Source of the DNA: an uncultured Clostridia bacterium
GTDB lineage: Bacteria; Bacillota; Clostridia; Christensenellales; CAG-314
Length of the DNA stretch: 64,000 bases
Reading direction: 5' to 3'
Assembly (NCBI GenBank): GCA_947628135.1
Contig: CANQYT010000006.1
Span: 8,989 to 72,988, forward strand
Under the pieces are notes generated by a model, which was not told the origin of the DNA, made no database searches, and saw only the letters and a program-made list of their open reading frames with translations. Of this stretch, positions 27,839-36,737 are shown one piece after another (the first letter of the stretch is position 1; each line of letters starts with the position of its first letter). The translations under genes and the position numbers were made by a program.

Positions 27839-30800
27839 TTACTGCTGCTTTTCGAGGGTAAACGATTTGTCGCTCTCGTTGAGAGTGAGAGTGTAAACTC
27901 CGTTGAATTCGCTGGGCACAGAGCCGTTGACGTAGCCGTCTTCGTCGTAGGTGGGCAGGGTGGAATCCACCACTACGGTGTACACGCCGTCGCCCGTCTT
28001 GCTGAACGTGACGTTTACTTCCTCCGTGCCGTTGGAAGTTTTGAACAGAATGTGAACGGATACGACTTCGCCGTCCGCACTCTTTGTGACGATTGCAACG
28101 TCGCCCGTAGACGCGTCGCGGTAGGTGATTATCGACGAACTGAGCGAACACTCGTAAGTGAAAGTTCCCGCTTGCGCGTCGAGGTACACCACCACTCTGT
28201 ACGTGTCATTGAGATGATACACGGTAAACACGTACACGTTGTCAACGTCGGGGGAAAGTTTGGTAAGAAACCAGCCTTGCGTTTCGGTGGACTTTTCCAG
28301 ACCGTTGCCGTCCACGTTTTTGAGTGTGCCGTTGGCGGTTATGTAGTTGCCGTCGTAGACGGTGAGCGTTGAGCCGTCCGCCGCAGTGTAGGTGGTTTGC
28401 GTGACTATCTTGGACTTGGTGTAGGTGAACGTGCAGTCATTGTACAGCGAAACCGTGTACACATAGCCGTCGTAAGTGAAATGCGTGCGGTAGTTGGAGT
28501 AGTCGAAGGTTACGTCCTCGCCGCAGAACTTGCCCGCAGTGCCTCCGAAGGTGATTTGAAGCGTTTCCGCGCCGTTGAGATAGGTGATGACAGTTCCCTT
28601 GCGCACAAACACGTACTCGTCGCTGTCGCCTACGGCGGAAACGTCCATACCCGTCATTTCGCCGTTTGAACCGATAGTAAGACGGTTTTCTATCACGGTG
28701 AGAGTGAGGGAAAGAGAACTGTACTCAAACCACGACACGGTAATCACGCTGCCTTCGCGCTTGTACAGCCCGAAATAGGTGTCGTAGAACATTATCCTGT
28801 CGCCTATTTCCAACTTTGCGGCGGCTTGCGCCTTGCTGTACCAATACTCGGCGGTATCCGCCTTGACGCGCAACGAAGATGAGTAGCGCGCCCAATTGCC
28901 GTTGGGACTTTCCGCAAAGGCGACGCCCGTTTCGTAACTGTTGACGTACACGCGCAAAGCAAGCACGCCGTCGAAGGGCAGACCGTTGAGTACGGGAACG
29001 GCGCTGTCGGCAAAGGAAATGACAAATTCCAGCGGGGTCACTTCCGTTTCGTCGGCGTTGGTTTCTCTGCCGCACTCGTAAAACGCACGATTGCCGATAG
29101 AGCCCACTGCGCCGTCGAAGGAAACGGAAACAAGTCCGAAATTGCGAGCGAACGCCAATTCGCCTATACTTTCCACACTGCCGAGTTCCAATTGAGTGAG
29201 AGCACATTCGTAAAATGCGTACGCGCCGACGGAAACGGTGGCGGAATTGAATGTGACGCTACCGAGATTTGCGCAGCCGCGGAAAGCGTTTGCGCCGATG
29301 TTGACGACGTTGTTGAGATCCGCCGAAACGATGTAATCCAGCCCCGCAAACACGCCGTCGGCAATGGATACGGCTTCGTCGGGAATGGAAATATGCACGT
29401 CGTGCGGGTCGGCGTCTTTGTTGTTGTAACTTACAAGCACGCCGTCTTTGATTTCGTAGAGCGGCTTGTTTGCCTGCTCGGCGTTGCTGGTGACAAATTG
29501 CGCGTAACCGCCCGACAAAGAGGGGGTAGCCGCCGTCCAGGTCGCCGCCGTGCGGTAGGCTTCCTCACTGCCGTCGGGGACGAATATCTTTAAGTTGCCG
29601 CTTATCCAACGGAACACGTCCGCGCCCAATTCGGGCGGAGTTGCCGACTTGAAATACGCGGTTTTGAGAACGGATCTTCCCGAAGAGGCGCTGTTTTCAA
29701 AGGCGTAGTCGCCTATTTTTTGCAAAGTGGTCGGGAAGGTGACAAAGGTGACGTTTTTGTCGGCGAACACGCGCGCCGCGATTTCCGTTACGCCTTCCGG
29801 TATCTCTATGACGCTGCTTGTGCCGAGGTACTCCGTGAGTACGCCGTCCACCACCACAAAGCCGTCCTCAAACAGACGGAAAGTGTTGCTTGCAAGGTCG
29901 ATACCTATACCCAACGTGCTGTTGTCGTCCACAAAACTCACGGTGAGTATGAAAGACGTTTCGGTCTCCGTGGGGGCGATGACGTAGAAACCTTCGCGTT
30001 CGTTGTCGCGGCTGCCGTCGGCGGAGTAGTAAATTCCGCCGTAGCCGTCAAGACAGATACGAGACGGATTGGAAGAATCCTCGTGCGCATACTCGCCGTA
30101 TTCGTTGTGACGTATGCTGAACAGCCCCGTACCTGCGTACTCGCCGCCGAGACCCCACCAGATGAAGTAGAACGGGTCGCCCGTCTTGGGCAGGAACACC
30201 ATTTCTTCACTCGCGCCGAAGTAATCGGCGTAGAAATAGATACCCTCGGAAACAAGTTGAAGCGTTTCCGCTTCCGTCGTGGGGTCGACTTCCACAGTGT
30301 AAAGACTTGCGTTGCCGTAGCCGTCGGGTTTGAGCGCGTAGGAATCGTCTACTTGTTGGTTGTAGTAGTAGACATAAACGTTGTCGCCCACGTAGCCGTA
30401 CTGCAAAAAGTAGCCTTCGGCAAATACGCCCTCGCCCAGATCTACGCTTTCATTGACCAAAGAGAAGTACATCTCCACTTGCGCGCCCGTTGCGGGCAAA
30501 ACGCCCGACAGATAGTAATCGCCGCGCGGCGTGACGTTGTAGGTGCAGGCGTAGGACTCCACGCGTTCGGTGTTTTCTTCGGGACGAGCCAGCACTCCCG
30601 CGCCGTAGCCGTCCAAAGCGAGCATAAGATCGTACCGCACAACGCCGTATTCCTGCGTTTCGAAATCGTAGTAAAGCGGGTCGAGGTAGAGATACGTCCC
30701 CGCCTCTTCGCCGCGGTAACGGAACAGTTTGTCGCCGTTGTCCGTGTAAATTTTGCCGTACAGCGTTTCGCCGTTTACGGAAACGTCAAATTCCACAGTG

Positions 30801-32113
30801 TCGCCCGTAAGCGTTTCGATGACGGTGATGTATCCCTCGTACTCCTCGCCGTTTTTCGTAAGTTTTGCCGCGCCTTTGCCCGTCATATTGCGGCGGATAC
30901 CCACTTTGTCGCCGCTGCCCGCGTCGTCGGTGTATACGTCGATGATGACAGGGTAGAACGTGACGTCGGAAGTGACCGTGTAGGAACTGCCGAACGCATA
31001 GTCGCGCCCGTTGCCCGTGGCGGACGTGCAGTAGGACAGTATTTCGCCGGTTGGGTCGTCGTTTGCGGGGGTGCGAACGGTAATTTCCGTACCCCAACGA
31101 ACGTTTTCCGTCGTTGTGCCGTCGTCGGCATAGGTGACGGTGAAGCAACGCAGTTTGTAGTAGGCGTTGAGTTGCAAACCGTTTTCCGACACGACGCCGC
31201 TGACAAGTATGCCGTCGCGGTCGAGGTCGGTCTCGTACTTGGAAGGATCGGGGTTGTCGGCGCTTGCCACCCTACCGACGGTGACTTCGGACGTGAGCGT
31301 TTCCAATTGGCGGTATTCGCCCGTTTCGTCCTCTACCCACCTGTTTTGGGTGACGGAAGCCGTCCAGACGGCGTACAGAGTGACGTCCTGCGAAAGAGTG
31401 ATTTCGTCGCCGACGGCGTAGCCCGTGCCCGTGCCGTCCGCCTTGGTGTTGTATCCGACGAATTTCGCCTGAGAAACGTAGGCGCAAGCGGGCAAGGTGT
31501 AGACAGAACCGCGTTTTGCGGAATATTCCGCCATTTCGCCCGTGGCGGAAAGCGCGTTGCCCTTGTCGAAAGTAAGCAAGGCAAGGGAAAGTTTGTAGTA
31601 CAGTTTCAGACAAGCGCCGCTTTCGGTGACAACGGCGTGCGTTACCGCGTCGGCGTTGGACGCGTCGTAATCGTAGCCGTCTATTTCGGGGGCGGCGACT
31701 TCCGCCTGCTCGCCCAACTGCGCTTGGAAAGTGAGCGTGCGCGCTTCGTCCTTGACGTAGCCGCCGTCAAGTTGCTCCAACCATATCTCCGCCGTGCAAT
31801 CGGCAAGCCAATGCGCCTTGACGGTGAAATCCTCGTCGGGAGCGACGGTTGCGCTTGTTACCTGCGCGCCGTTGAGATAGTAGCCGTCGAAGTGCAACGA
31901 CGTGGAGGGCTTTGTCTGTGTGTTGAGTTCGTCAAAAAAACTTGCGCCGACTTCCGCGGTGAAAGTTGTGTTGTCAGTATCCGCCAAACCGAAATCCACC
32001 GTAACCGTTACGTAGGACGGTTCGGGATCGTCGGGGTGGCAAGCCACGCAAAGACATATTGTCAGCAACAACGCCAGAAATACCGTTGCCGCAGATAAAA
32101 ATGCTTTCCTCAT
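27839..32113 (-). CDS. Giant surface lipoprotein (about 1420 aa) with B-type repeats and BspA-type leucine-rich repeats
   Basis: Lipobox CVAC; LRR units IPEGVTEIAARVF, LQKIGDYAFEN, VVNIGANAFRGCANL; three (L/P)DGYG repeats; start MRKAF at 32113 with AAGGAGG SD. Confidence 0.85.
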   Translation of the reverse strand: MRKAFLSAATVFLALLLTICLCVACHPDDPEPSYVTVTVDFGLADTDNTTFTAEVGASFFDELNTQTKPSTSLHFDGYYLNGAQVTSATVAPDEDFTVKAHWLADCTAEIWLEQLDGGYVKDEARTLTFQAQLGEQAEVAAPEIDGYDYDASNADAVTHAVVTESGACLKLYYKLSLALLTFDKGNALSATGEMAEYSAKRGSVYTLPACAYVSQAKFVGYNTKADGTGTGYAVGDEITLSQDVTLYAVWTASVTQNRWVEDETGEYRQLETLTSEVTVGRVASADNPDPSKYETDLDRDGILVSGVVSENGLQLNAYYKLRCFTVTYADDGTTTENVRWGTEITVRTPANDDPTGEILSYCTSATGNGRDYAFGSSYTVTSDVTFYPVIIDVYTDDAGSGDKVGIRRNMTGKGAAKLTKNGEEYEGYITVIETLTGDTVEFDVSVNGETLYGKIYTDNGDKLFRYRGEEAGTYLYLDPLYYDFETQEYGVVRYDLMLALDGYGAGVLARPEENTERVESYACTYNVTPRGDYYLSGVLPATGAQVEMYFSLVNESVDLGEGVFAEGYFLQYGYVGDNVYVYYYNQQVDDSYALKPDGYGNASLYTVEVDPTTEAETLQLVSEGIYFYADYFGASEEMVFLPKTGDPFYFIWWGLGGEYAGTGLFSIRHNEYGEYAHEDSSNPSRICLDGYGGIYYSADGSRDNEREGFYVIAPTETETSFILTVSFVDDNSTLGIGIDLASNTFRLFEDGFVVVDGVLTEYLGTSSVIEIPEGVTEIAARVFADKNVTFVTFPTTLQKIGDYAFENSASSGRSVLKTAYFKSATPPELGADVFRWISGNLKIFVPDGSEEAYRTAATWTAATPSLSGGYAQFVTSNAEQANKPLYEIKDGVLVSYNNKDADPHDVHISIPDEAVSIADGVFAGLDYIVSADLNNVVNIGANAFRGCANLGSVTFNSATVSVGAYAFYECALTQLELGSVESIGELAFARNFGLVSVSFDGAVGSIGNRAFYECGRETNADETEVTPLEFVISFADSAVPVLNGLPFDGVLALRVYVNSYETGVAFAESPNGNWARYSSSLRVKADTAEYWYSKAQAAAKLEIGDRIMFYDTYFGLYKREGSVITVSWFEYSSLSLTLTVIENRLTIGSNGEMTGMDVSAVGDSDEYVFVRKGTVITYLNGAETLQITFGGTAGKFCGEDVTFDYSNYRTHFTYDGYVYTVSLYNDCTFTYTKSKIVTQTTYTAADGSTLTVYDGNYITANGTLKNVDGNGLEKSTETQGWFLTKLSPDVDNVYVFTVYHLNDTYRVVVYLDAQAGTFTYECSLSSSIITYRDASTGDVAIVTKSADGEVVSVHILFKTSNGTEEVNVTFSKTGDGVYTVVVDSTLPTYDEDGYVNGSVPSEFNGVYTLTLNESDKSFTLEKQQ

Positions 32114-32199
32114 AAGTTTGTCCTCCTTGACCGTAAGCCGCGCGGTCGCGGCGGCAAAAGGTCGAATTTCGATTGTTAAAAAATCAAAATGTATTTTAT

Positions 32200-32229
32200 A
32201 TGATACCCCCCCCCGTGGGGTTTTGTCAA
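32200..32229 (-). promoter_or_regulatory. Sigma-A promoter with a G9 homopolymer in the spacer (candidate phase-variable promoter)
   Basis: Minus strand TTGACA-AAACCCCAC-GGGGGGGGG-TATCAT; spacer 18 bp; C9 on plus strand at 32206-32214. Confidence 0.7.
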
Positions 32230-32353
32230 ATAAATTGACATAATATTTGAAAACTATATAGAAAACGAGAAATACATAAAATAAAAAAACGGCGCAAAAG
32301 CGCCGCAAAATAAACGGAGAAAACCGCCGTAAAACAGGAAAAAAGTAGAAAAA

Positions 32354-33001
32354 TCAATCTTCGAAACGTTTCAGAACGATGACGCGAAGGGGCGGCTGAG
32401 GCTCGTCGTACAGCACGAGACTGTCGCTGTCGGATATTTCCACGCTGTTAGGGTCGAACAGGGACAGAAACCTGTCCGCGCTTTCTATGTCGAGGGTGTG
32501 TTCCGCCGTTTTGTAGTGCATAGGCACTACTATCGCGGGCTGAACTGCGTCCACCCAACGCTTTGCGCCCACGGCGTCCACAGTGTACACACCGCCCACG
32601 GGAAGAAGCAAAACGTCGCAACCGCGAATTTTTTCGGCGAGGTCGGCGTCGAAACAGCCGATATCTCCCATATGCACCACCGACAGCCCGTCTACGTTGA
32701 AACAAAATACGATGTTTTTGCCGCGCTTTGCACCGCGAACGTCGTCGTGGAAAGCGGGATACGCCGTGACAGCCACGTCGTCGGCGGCGCAGGAAACGGG
32801 CTCGTCCAACACCGCGGGATCGCCGAGAATGCCGTCCGAGCAATCGTGGTCGGCGTGATGATGGGACACCGTGACTACGTCGCAACGGACGGGAGTCATC
32901 GCAAAGCCCACCGTCTTTGCGGAATAGGGGTCGGTGACCAAGGTCGTACCCGTTTCGCTTATTATGCGGAAACTTGCGTGTCCGAGATATTGCAGTTTCA
33001 A
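32354..33001 (-). CDS. MBL-fold metallo-hydrolase
   Basis: YLGHASF, DPY, SHHHADH, HMGD, PMHY; TTG start at 33001 with GGAGG SD; promoter TTGACA-17-TACAAT at 33030-33058. Confidence 0.9.
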   Translation of the reverse strand: MKLQYLGHASFRIISETGTTLVTDPYSAKTVGFAMTPVRCDVVTVSHHHADHDCSDGILGDPAVLDEPVSCAADDVAVTAYPAFHDDVRGAKRGKNIVFCFNVDGLSVVHMGDIGCFDADLAEKIRGCDVLLLPVGGVYTVDAVGAKRWVDAVQPAIVVPMHYKTAEHTLDIESADRFLSLFDPNSVEISDSDSLVLYDEPQPPLRVIVLKRFED

Positions 33002-33254
33002 GAAGCACCTCCGACTTGTTTGTAAACGTATTGTAATGCAAAGCGCGGCGATTGTCAAACGGAAAGAAAAAAAATTTTTGAGCCGAACTGCGGCACGTAA
33101 GTGCGTTATACGCGCCAAAACGGGCGTTTCGGCAGGCAATTTGCAAAAAAAGTAGATTTTTTCGCCGTTATCTGCTATAATGATAGTGCAAAATAGGCAA
33201 TGGGGCGAAAAACCATTTGCATACCGCTCGCAGAGCGGACCTTTCGGAGGTTAT

Positions 33255-34268
33255 ATGAAAGCCTGGATATTGGAAGAACCCAAAAAATTAGTTCTGAGGG
33301 AATTTGCTCCCACCGAAATATCCGAAAATCAAATAAAAGTAAAAATCGAAGAAGTGCTGTTTGCCAACTCCGACTACGAAATTTACGTAGGCGCGAGCAA
33401 GCGCAAGTATCCCTTTATCATCGGGCGCAACGCCGTGGGCGTGGTATCCAAAGTTGCGGGGGACAATCCTTTCTTCAACAAAATGGATCGCGTCGCGATT
33501 GAGCCGTACATTCCCTGCGAAACGTGCGACGAATGTAAAAACGACGAATACGAAAAGTGTTCCAATATGCAGGAACTGGGCAACAACTGCAACGGTTTGC
33601 TGCAAAACTTTGTGGATCTGCCCTATTCGCTGCTGCACCGTCTGCCCGACAAACTGAGTACGGAAAAGGCGTTGTTTGTGCCCTACGTGGCGTTTTGCCT
33701 GAACGTTATCGACGCGCTCAATCTGGAAAAGGGCAGGCATATCGCCATTTTCTCCTCCACAAAGACGGGCTTGATACTTGCGCAGCTTGTGGCGTACTAT
33801 CAAGCAGTGCCCGTGTTCATCAGCAACCGCGAGGAACTGCTGGATACGGCGCGCGGGTTGGGAATTTTTTACAGTTTCAACCCCGACAGCGTGGACGTGG
33901 AAAACGAAATACTCGCCATCACGGGCGGCAGAATGTGTACGGAATTGGTGCTGTTTTCCAATTCGGACTTCAATATGAAGGACGTATACAACGTAGCCGC
34001 GGTAAACGCGAACATCTGCCTCGCGGGCTACTCCAACAAGGAAAGCAAACTGTCCGTGGCGCAGATATGCAAAAAACATCTTAATATCTTCGGCGTGTAC
34101 AACGGCGCGGGCAGTTACTCCTCCGCGATAAACCTGCTTGTTACGGAAACCGTAAACACCGACGCGCTGATAGGCAAGATAGTACCTTTCGACAAGTTGG
34201 ACGAGGAATTGGCAAAAACCGACCCCGACGAACTTATACTCAAATCGAAGATAGTAAAGATAAACTGA
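33255..34268 (+). CDS. Medium-chain (Zn-dependent ADH/threonine-dehydrogenase-like) family protein with degenerate catalytic motifs
   Basis: GroES-like N-terminus, structural Zn motif CETCDECKNDEYEKC; start MKAWIL at 33255 with GGAGG SD. Confidence 0.8.
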   Translation: MKAWILEEPKKLVLREFAPTEISENQIKVKIEEVLFANSDYEIYVGASKRKYPFIIGRNAVGVVSKVAGDNPFFNKMDRVAIEPYIPCETCDECKNDEYEKCSNMQELGNNCNGLLQNFVDLPYSLLHRLPDKLSTEKALFVPYVAFCLNVIDALNLEKGRHIAIFSSTKTGLILAQLVAYYQAVPVFISNREELLDTARGLGIFYSFNPDSVDVENEILAITGGRMCTELVLFSNSDFNMKDVYNVAAVNANICLAGYSNKESKLSVAQICKKHLNIFGVYNGAGSYSSAINLLVTETVNTDALIGKIVPFDKLDEELAKTDPDELILKSKIVKIN

Positions 34269-34280
34269 CAACGAAACGTA

Positions 34281-34312
34281 AAAACTCCCCGACCGCACCG
34301 TCGGGGAGTTTT
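34281..34312. terminator. Bidirectional intrinsic terminator
   Basis: AAAACTCCCCGAC..GTCGGGGAGTTTT between convergent genes. Confidence 0.85.
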
Positions 34313-34373
34313 AGTATGCAGTCGGTTTTCACCGACAAATGAAGTTGCGACATCGCCGAGGTAAAAGCGAAAT

Positions 34374-35279
34374 TTACTCGTCGTCGGGAACGACGAATAT
34401 GCCCGGGGCGACCTCGATTGGCTCGGTATCATCCTCTTCCGTCTCCTCGCCGCGATGAAAAATGGCTTCCGAACCCGCCGCTTTTACGTTGCGTTTGACA
34501 AGACCTTTTTTGATGAGTTCCATCAAACCCTCATAGGGCAGGTAGTAGTCCTGCGCCTCTCTGTCCGTTTGCTGTGCGCCGCGCTTTGCCATCACTTCGC
34601 CGATAAGTTGTGCGGCGTACTTGAAACGACGGGGGTTTTTGAGACGGTACAACAGCGGCGTATCGGCGTAGGCTACGCTGTCCGACGCGTCCTCCGTCTT
34701 GTACTTGGTGTCGGCGTAGTCGCTGGGGTCGAGCGGCAAGTAAACGCACAGCGTTTCGCCGCGAAAAGCCAGCCTTGCAACGACGTCGCCGCCGATACGG
34801 AAAGTTTCGCGCTTCCAACTCATACGCGAGTGCACTTTGGCGTAGGACAAAAGCAAATTTTTGAGGTCCGTGTAGCCGTTTTTTACTTCGTCGTCGGATT
34901 GTATCAACCTCGCGGTGAAACTTCTGTCGTAGCGCAGAATGCCTCCCGCAAAGGATTCCTCCGCAATGATAACGGGCTCGCGCTCGGGGGAACGCGGCGG
35001 CTGTTGCGGCGGCTCTTGGTCCGTTGCGGGCTGTGCGCTCTCAGCGGGCTCAACGTCCTCAACAGGCTGAACGTCCTCACTTTCGTGCGGGACGTCCTCA
35101 ACGGGCTGTTCGTCTTGTTCCGCCGCGTTCTTTGCCGAACGGAGGGACAGCACAAGCGAAATCACCAAAGCCACGGCTATCAACGCGAAGAAACACAAGA
35201 AAAACACTATCGCGGCAAAACCGCCTACCGAAAGATCCCAATAGTTTGAGCCTATCTGACTTGCCGATACCAGAAACAT
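34374..35279 (-). CDS. Hypothetical membrane-anchored protein: TM helix, acidic Pro-rich linker, globular C-terminal domain
   Basis: Start MFLVSAS at 35279 (GGGAG SD); one long hydrophobic helix; domain RYDRSFTARLIQS...RMSWKRETF. Confidence 0.75.
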   Translation of the reverse strand: MFLVSASQIGSNYWDLSVGGFAAIVFFLCFFALIAVALVISLVLSLRSAKNAAEQDEQPVEDVPHESEDVQPVEDVEPAESAQPATDQEPPQQPPRSPEREPVIIAEESFAGGILRYDRSFTARLIQSDDEVKNGYTDLKNLLLSYAKVHSRMSWKRETFRIGGDVVARLAFRGETLCVYLPLDPSDYADTKYKTEDASDSVAYADTPLLYRLKNPRRFKYAAQLIGEVMAKRGAQQTDREAQDYYLPYEGLMELIKKGLVKRNVKAAGSEAIFHRGEETEEDDTEPIEVAPGIFVVPDDE

Positions 35280-35356
35280 AATCTCATCTCCCGAATCAAC
35301 CGTAAAATCTCGTCCCGCAACTACGCCGAACGCGCCGCAGAGGGCGGGAAACGCGC

Positions 35357-35914
35357 CTATTTGAGTTTTTTCCCGTCGGAAAACGCGTTGCCCACTTTTG
35401 CGCCCACAACGCGATAGTCGTGAGCGGCGGAATTGTAGGAAATTATTTCCGCCTTGTCCAGATCGGGAATGCCTTTGCCGTCGAGCACACGCTCGTCCAC
35501 ACTGACGTTGACAACGTTGCCGACGATTATTCCGTCGTCGTTTACGTGGTCGAGAACGCACTCCAACACAATGGGCAGTTCCTCTATTATCGGCGCGTCC
35601 ACGTGCTGTGCCTTGACGGCGTGCCAGCCCGTACGCACAAACTTGTCGGGTACGTCGTTTGCGGAAACGATGCCGACGTAATCAGCCTGCACTACGTTGG
35701 CTGCGTTCGCAAAAGAGACGGTAAACGCCTTTGCGCGCAGAATATTCTTGGTGGTGACGTGGTCGTCGCTCAAACAAAGCATAACCTGATTTGTGTCGTA
35801 TACGCCGCCCCAAGCGGCGTTCATTGCGTCCGCTTTGCCGTCCTCGCCGTAAGTGGCGACTATCAGCACGGGACAGGGAAACATCCAAGTTTTTTTACCG
35901 AAATCTTTACGCAC
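35357..35914 (-). CDS. Flavin reductase family (flavoredoxin-like) protein
   Basis: FPCPVLIVATY..ADAMNAAWGG, AFTVSF, APIIEELPIVLEC; GTG start at 35914 with AGGAGG SD. Confidence 0.88.
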   Translation of the reverse strand: MRKDFGKKTWMFPCPVLIVATYGEDGKADAMNAAWGGVYDTNQVMLCLSDDHVTTKNILRAKAFTVSFANAANVVQADYVGIVSANDVPDKFVRTGWHAVKAQHVDAPIIEELPIVLECVLDHVNDDGIIVGNVVNVSVDERVLDGKGIPDLDKAEIISYNSAAHDYRVVGAKVGNAFSDGKKLK

Positions 35915-35997
35915 GGTACACCTCCTGTTTTTATTGATTATACCACGTAAAACGGCGGGTTTCAATAGGTTGCGAAGAAATTTGCTACAAAGTTGTG

Positions 35998-36026
35998 TTG
36001 ACAAAGAACCTTTTGCGGCGTATAAT
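35998..36026 (+). promoter_or_regulatory. Consensus sigma-A promoter
   Basis: TTGACA-17 bp-TATAAT, perfect consensus. Confidence 0.85.
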
Positions 36027-36051
36027 TGAGAAAAAAAACGAGGTGCGACTT

Positions 36052-36600
36052 ATGAAACAAGCGGTACTTGTAGTGGATATGCTGAACGACTTCGTCACGG
36101 GCGCGTTGAAGTGCGACCGCGGACTTGCCATTGTCCCCCAAACGTCGAAACTGTTGGAGGGCGCAAGAAAAGCGGGCGTGCCCGTGATCTTCTGCAATGA
36201 CGCCCACTTAAAGGGAATAGATCACGAATTGAAACTGTGGGGAGACCACGCCATAGCGGGCACAAAGGGCGCGGAAGTGATACCGGAACTGCGCCTTTGC
36301 GAAAAGGACTACGTCGTGCCCAAACGCAGATACAGCGCGTTTTTCCGCACCGACCTCGACCTGCTGCTGAAAGAATTGGGCGTGGACACCGTGATATTGA
36401 CGGGACTGCACACGCATATGTGCGTTCGCCACACCGCCGCAGACGCTTATCAACTCGGCTACGACGTAGTAGTTGCAAAGGACGCTACGGACAGTTTTAC
36501 GCAGGAGGACTACGACTACGGCATAAAGTACCTCGTTGCCACCTACGGCGCGACAATAACGGATACGGACGGCTTACTGAAAGAATGGGGCGTAAAATAA
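36052..36600 (+). CDS. Cysteine hydrolase, isochorismatase family (nicotinamidase-like)
   Basis: Triad Asp (VVDMLNDF), Lys (PKRRYSAF), Cys (THMCV); metal ligands DAH and DHA. Confidence 0.88.
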   Translation: MKQAVLVVDMLNDFVTGALKCDRGLAIVPQTSKLLEGARKAGVPVIFCNDAHLKGIDHELKLWGDHAIAGTKGAEVIPELRLCEKDYVVPKRRYSAFFRTDLDLLLKELGVDTVILTGLHTHMCVRHTAADAYQLGYDVVVAKDATDSFTQEDYDYGIKYLVATYGATITDTDGLLKEWGVK

Positions 36601-36677
36601 CGCCGCAAAACGCAAAGGATTTTCCCTACCCCATATTGAGTTTTTGATTCGATTGCGTAAAAAATACACCAATAATC

Positions 36678-36710
36678 AAGCGGGACGGCTGAACAGCCGT
36701 CCCGCTTTTT
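36678..36710 (+). terminator. Intrinsic terminator
   Basis: AAGCGGGACGGCTG-AA-CAGCCGTCCCGCTTTTT. Confidence 0.85.
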
Positions 36711-36737
36711 CTGCGTTGTCGAAATGGTGTTGCCGAA

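Noticed and set aside
29720-32098. 792-aa plus-strand ORF
   Set aside because: Antisense shadow of the BspA-like lipoprotein.
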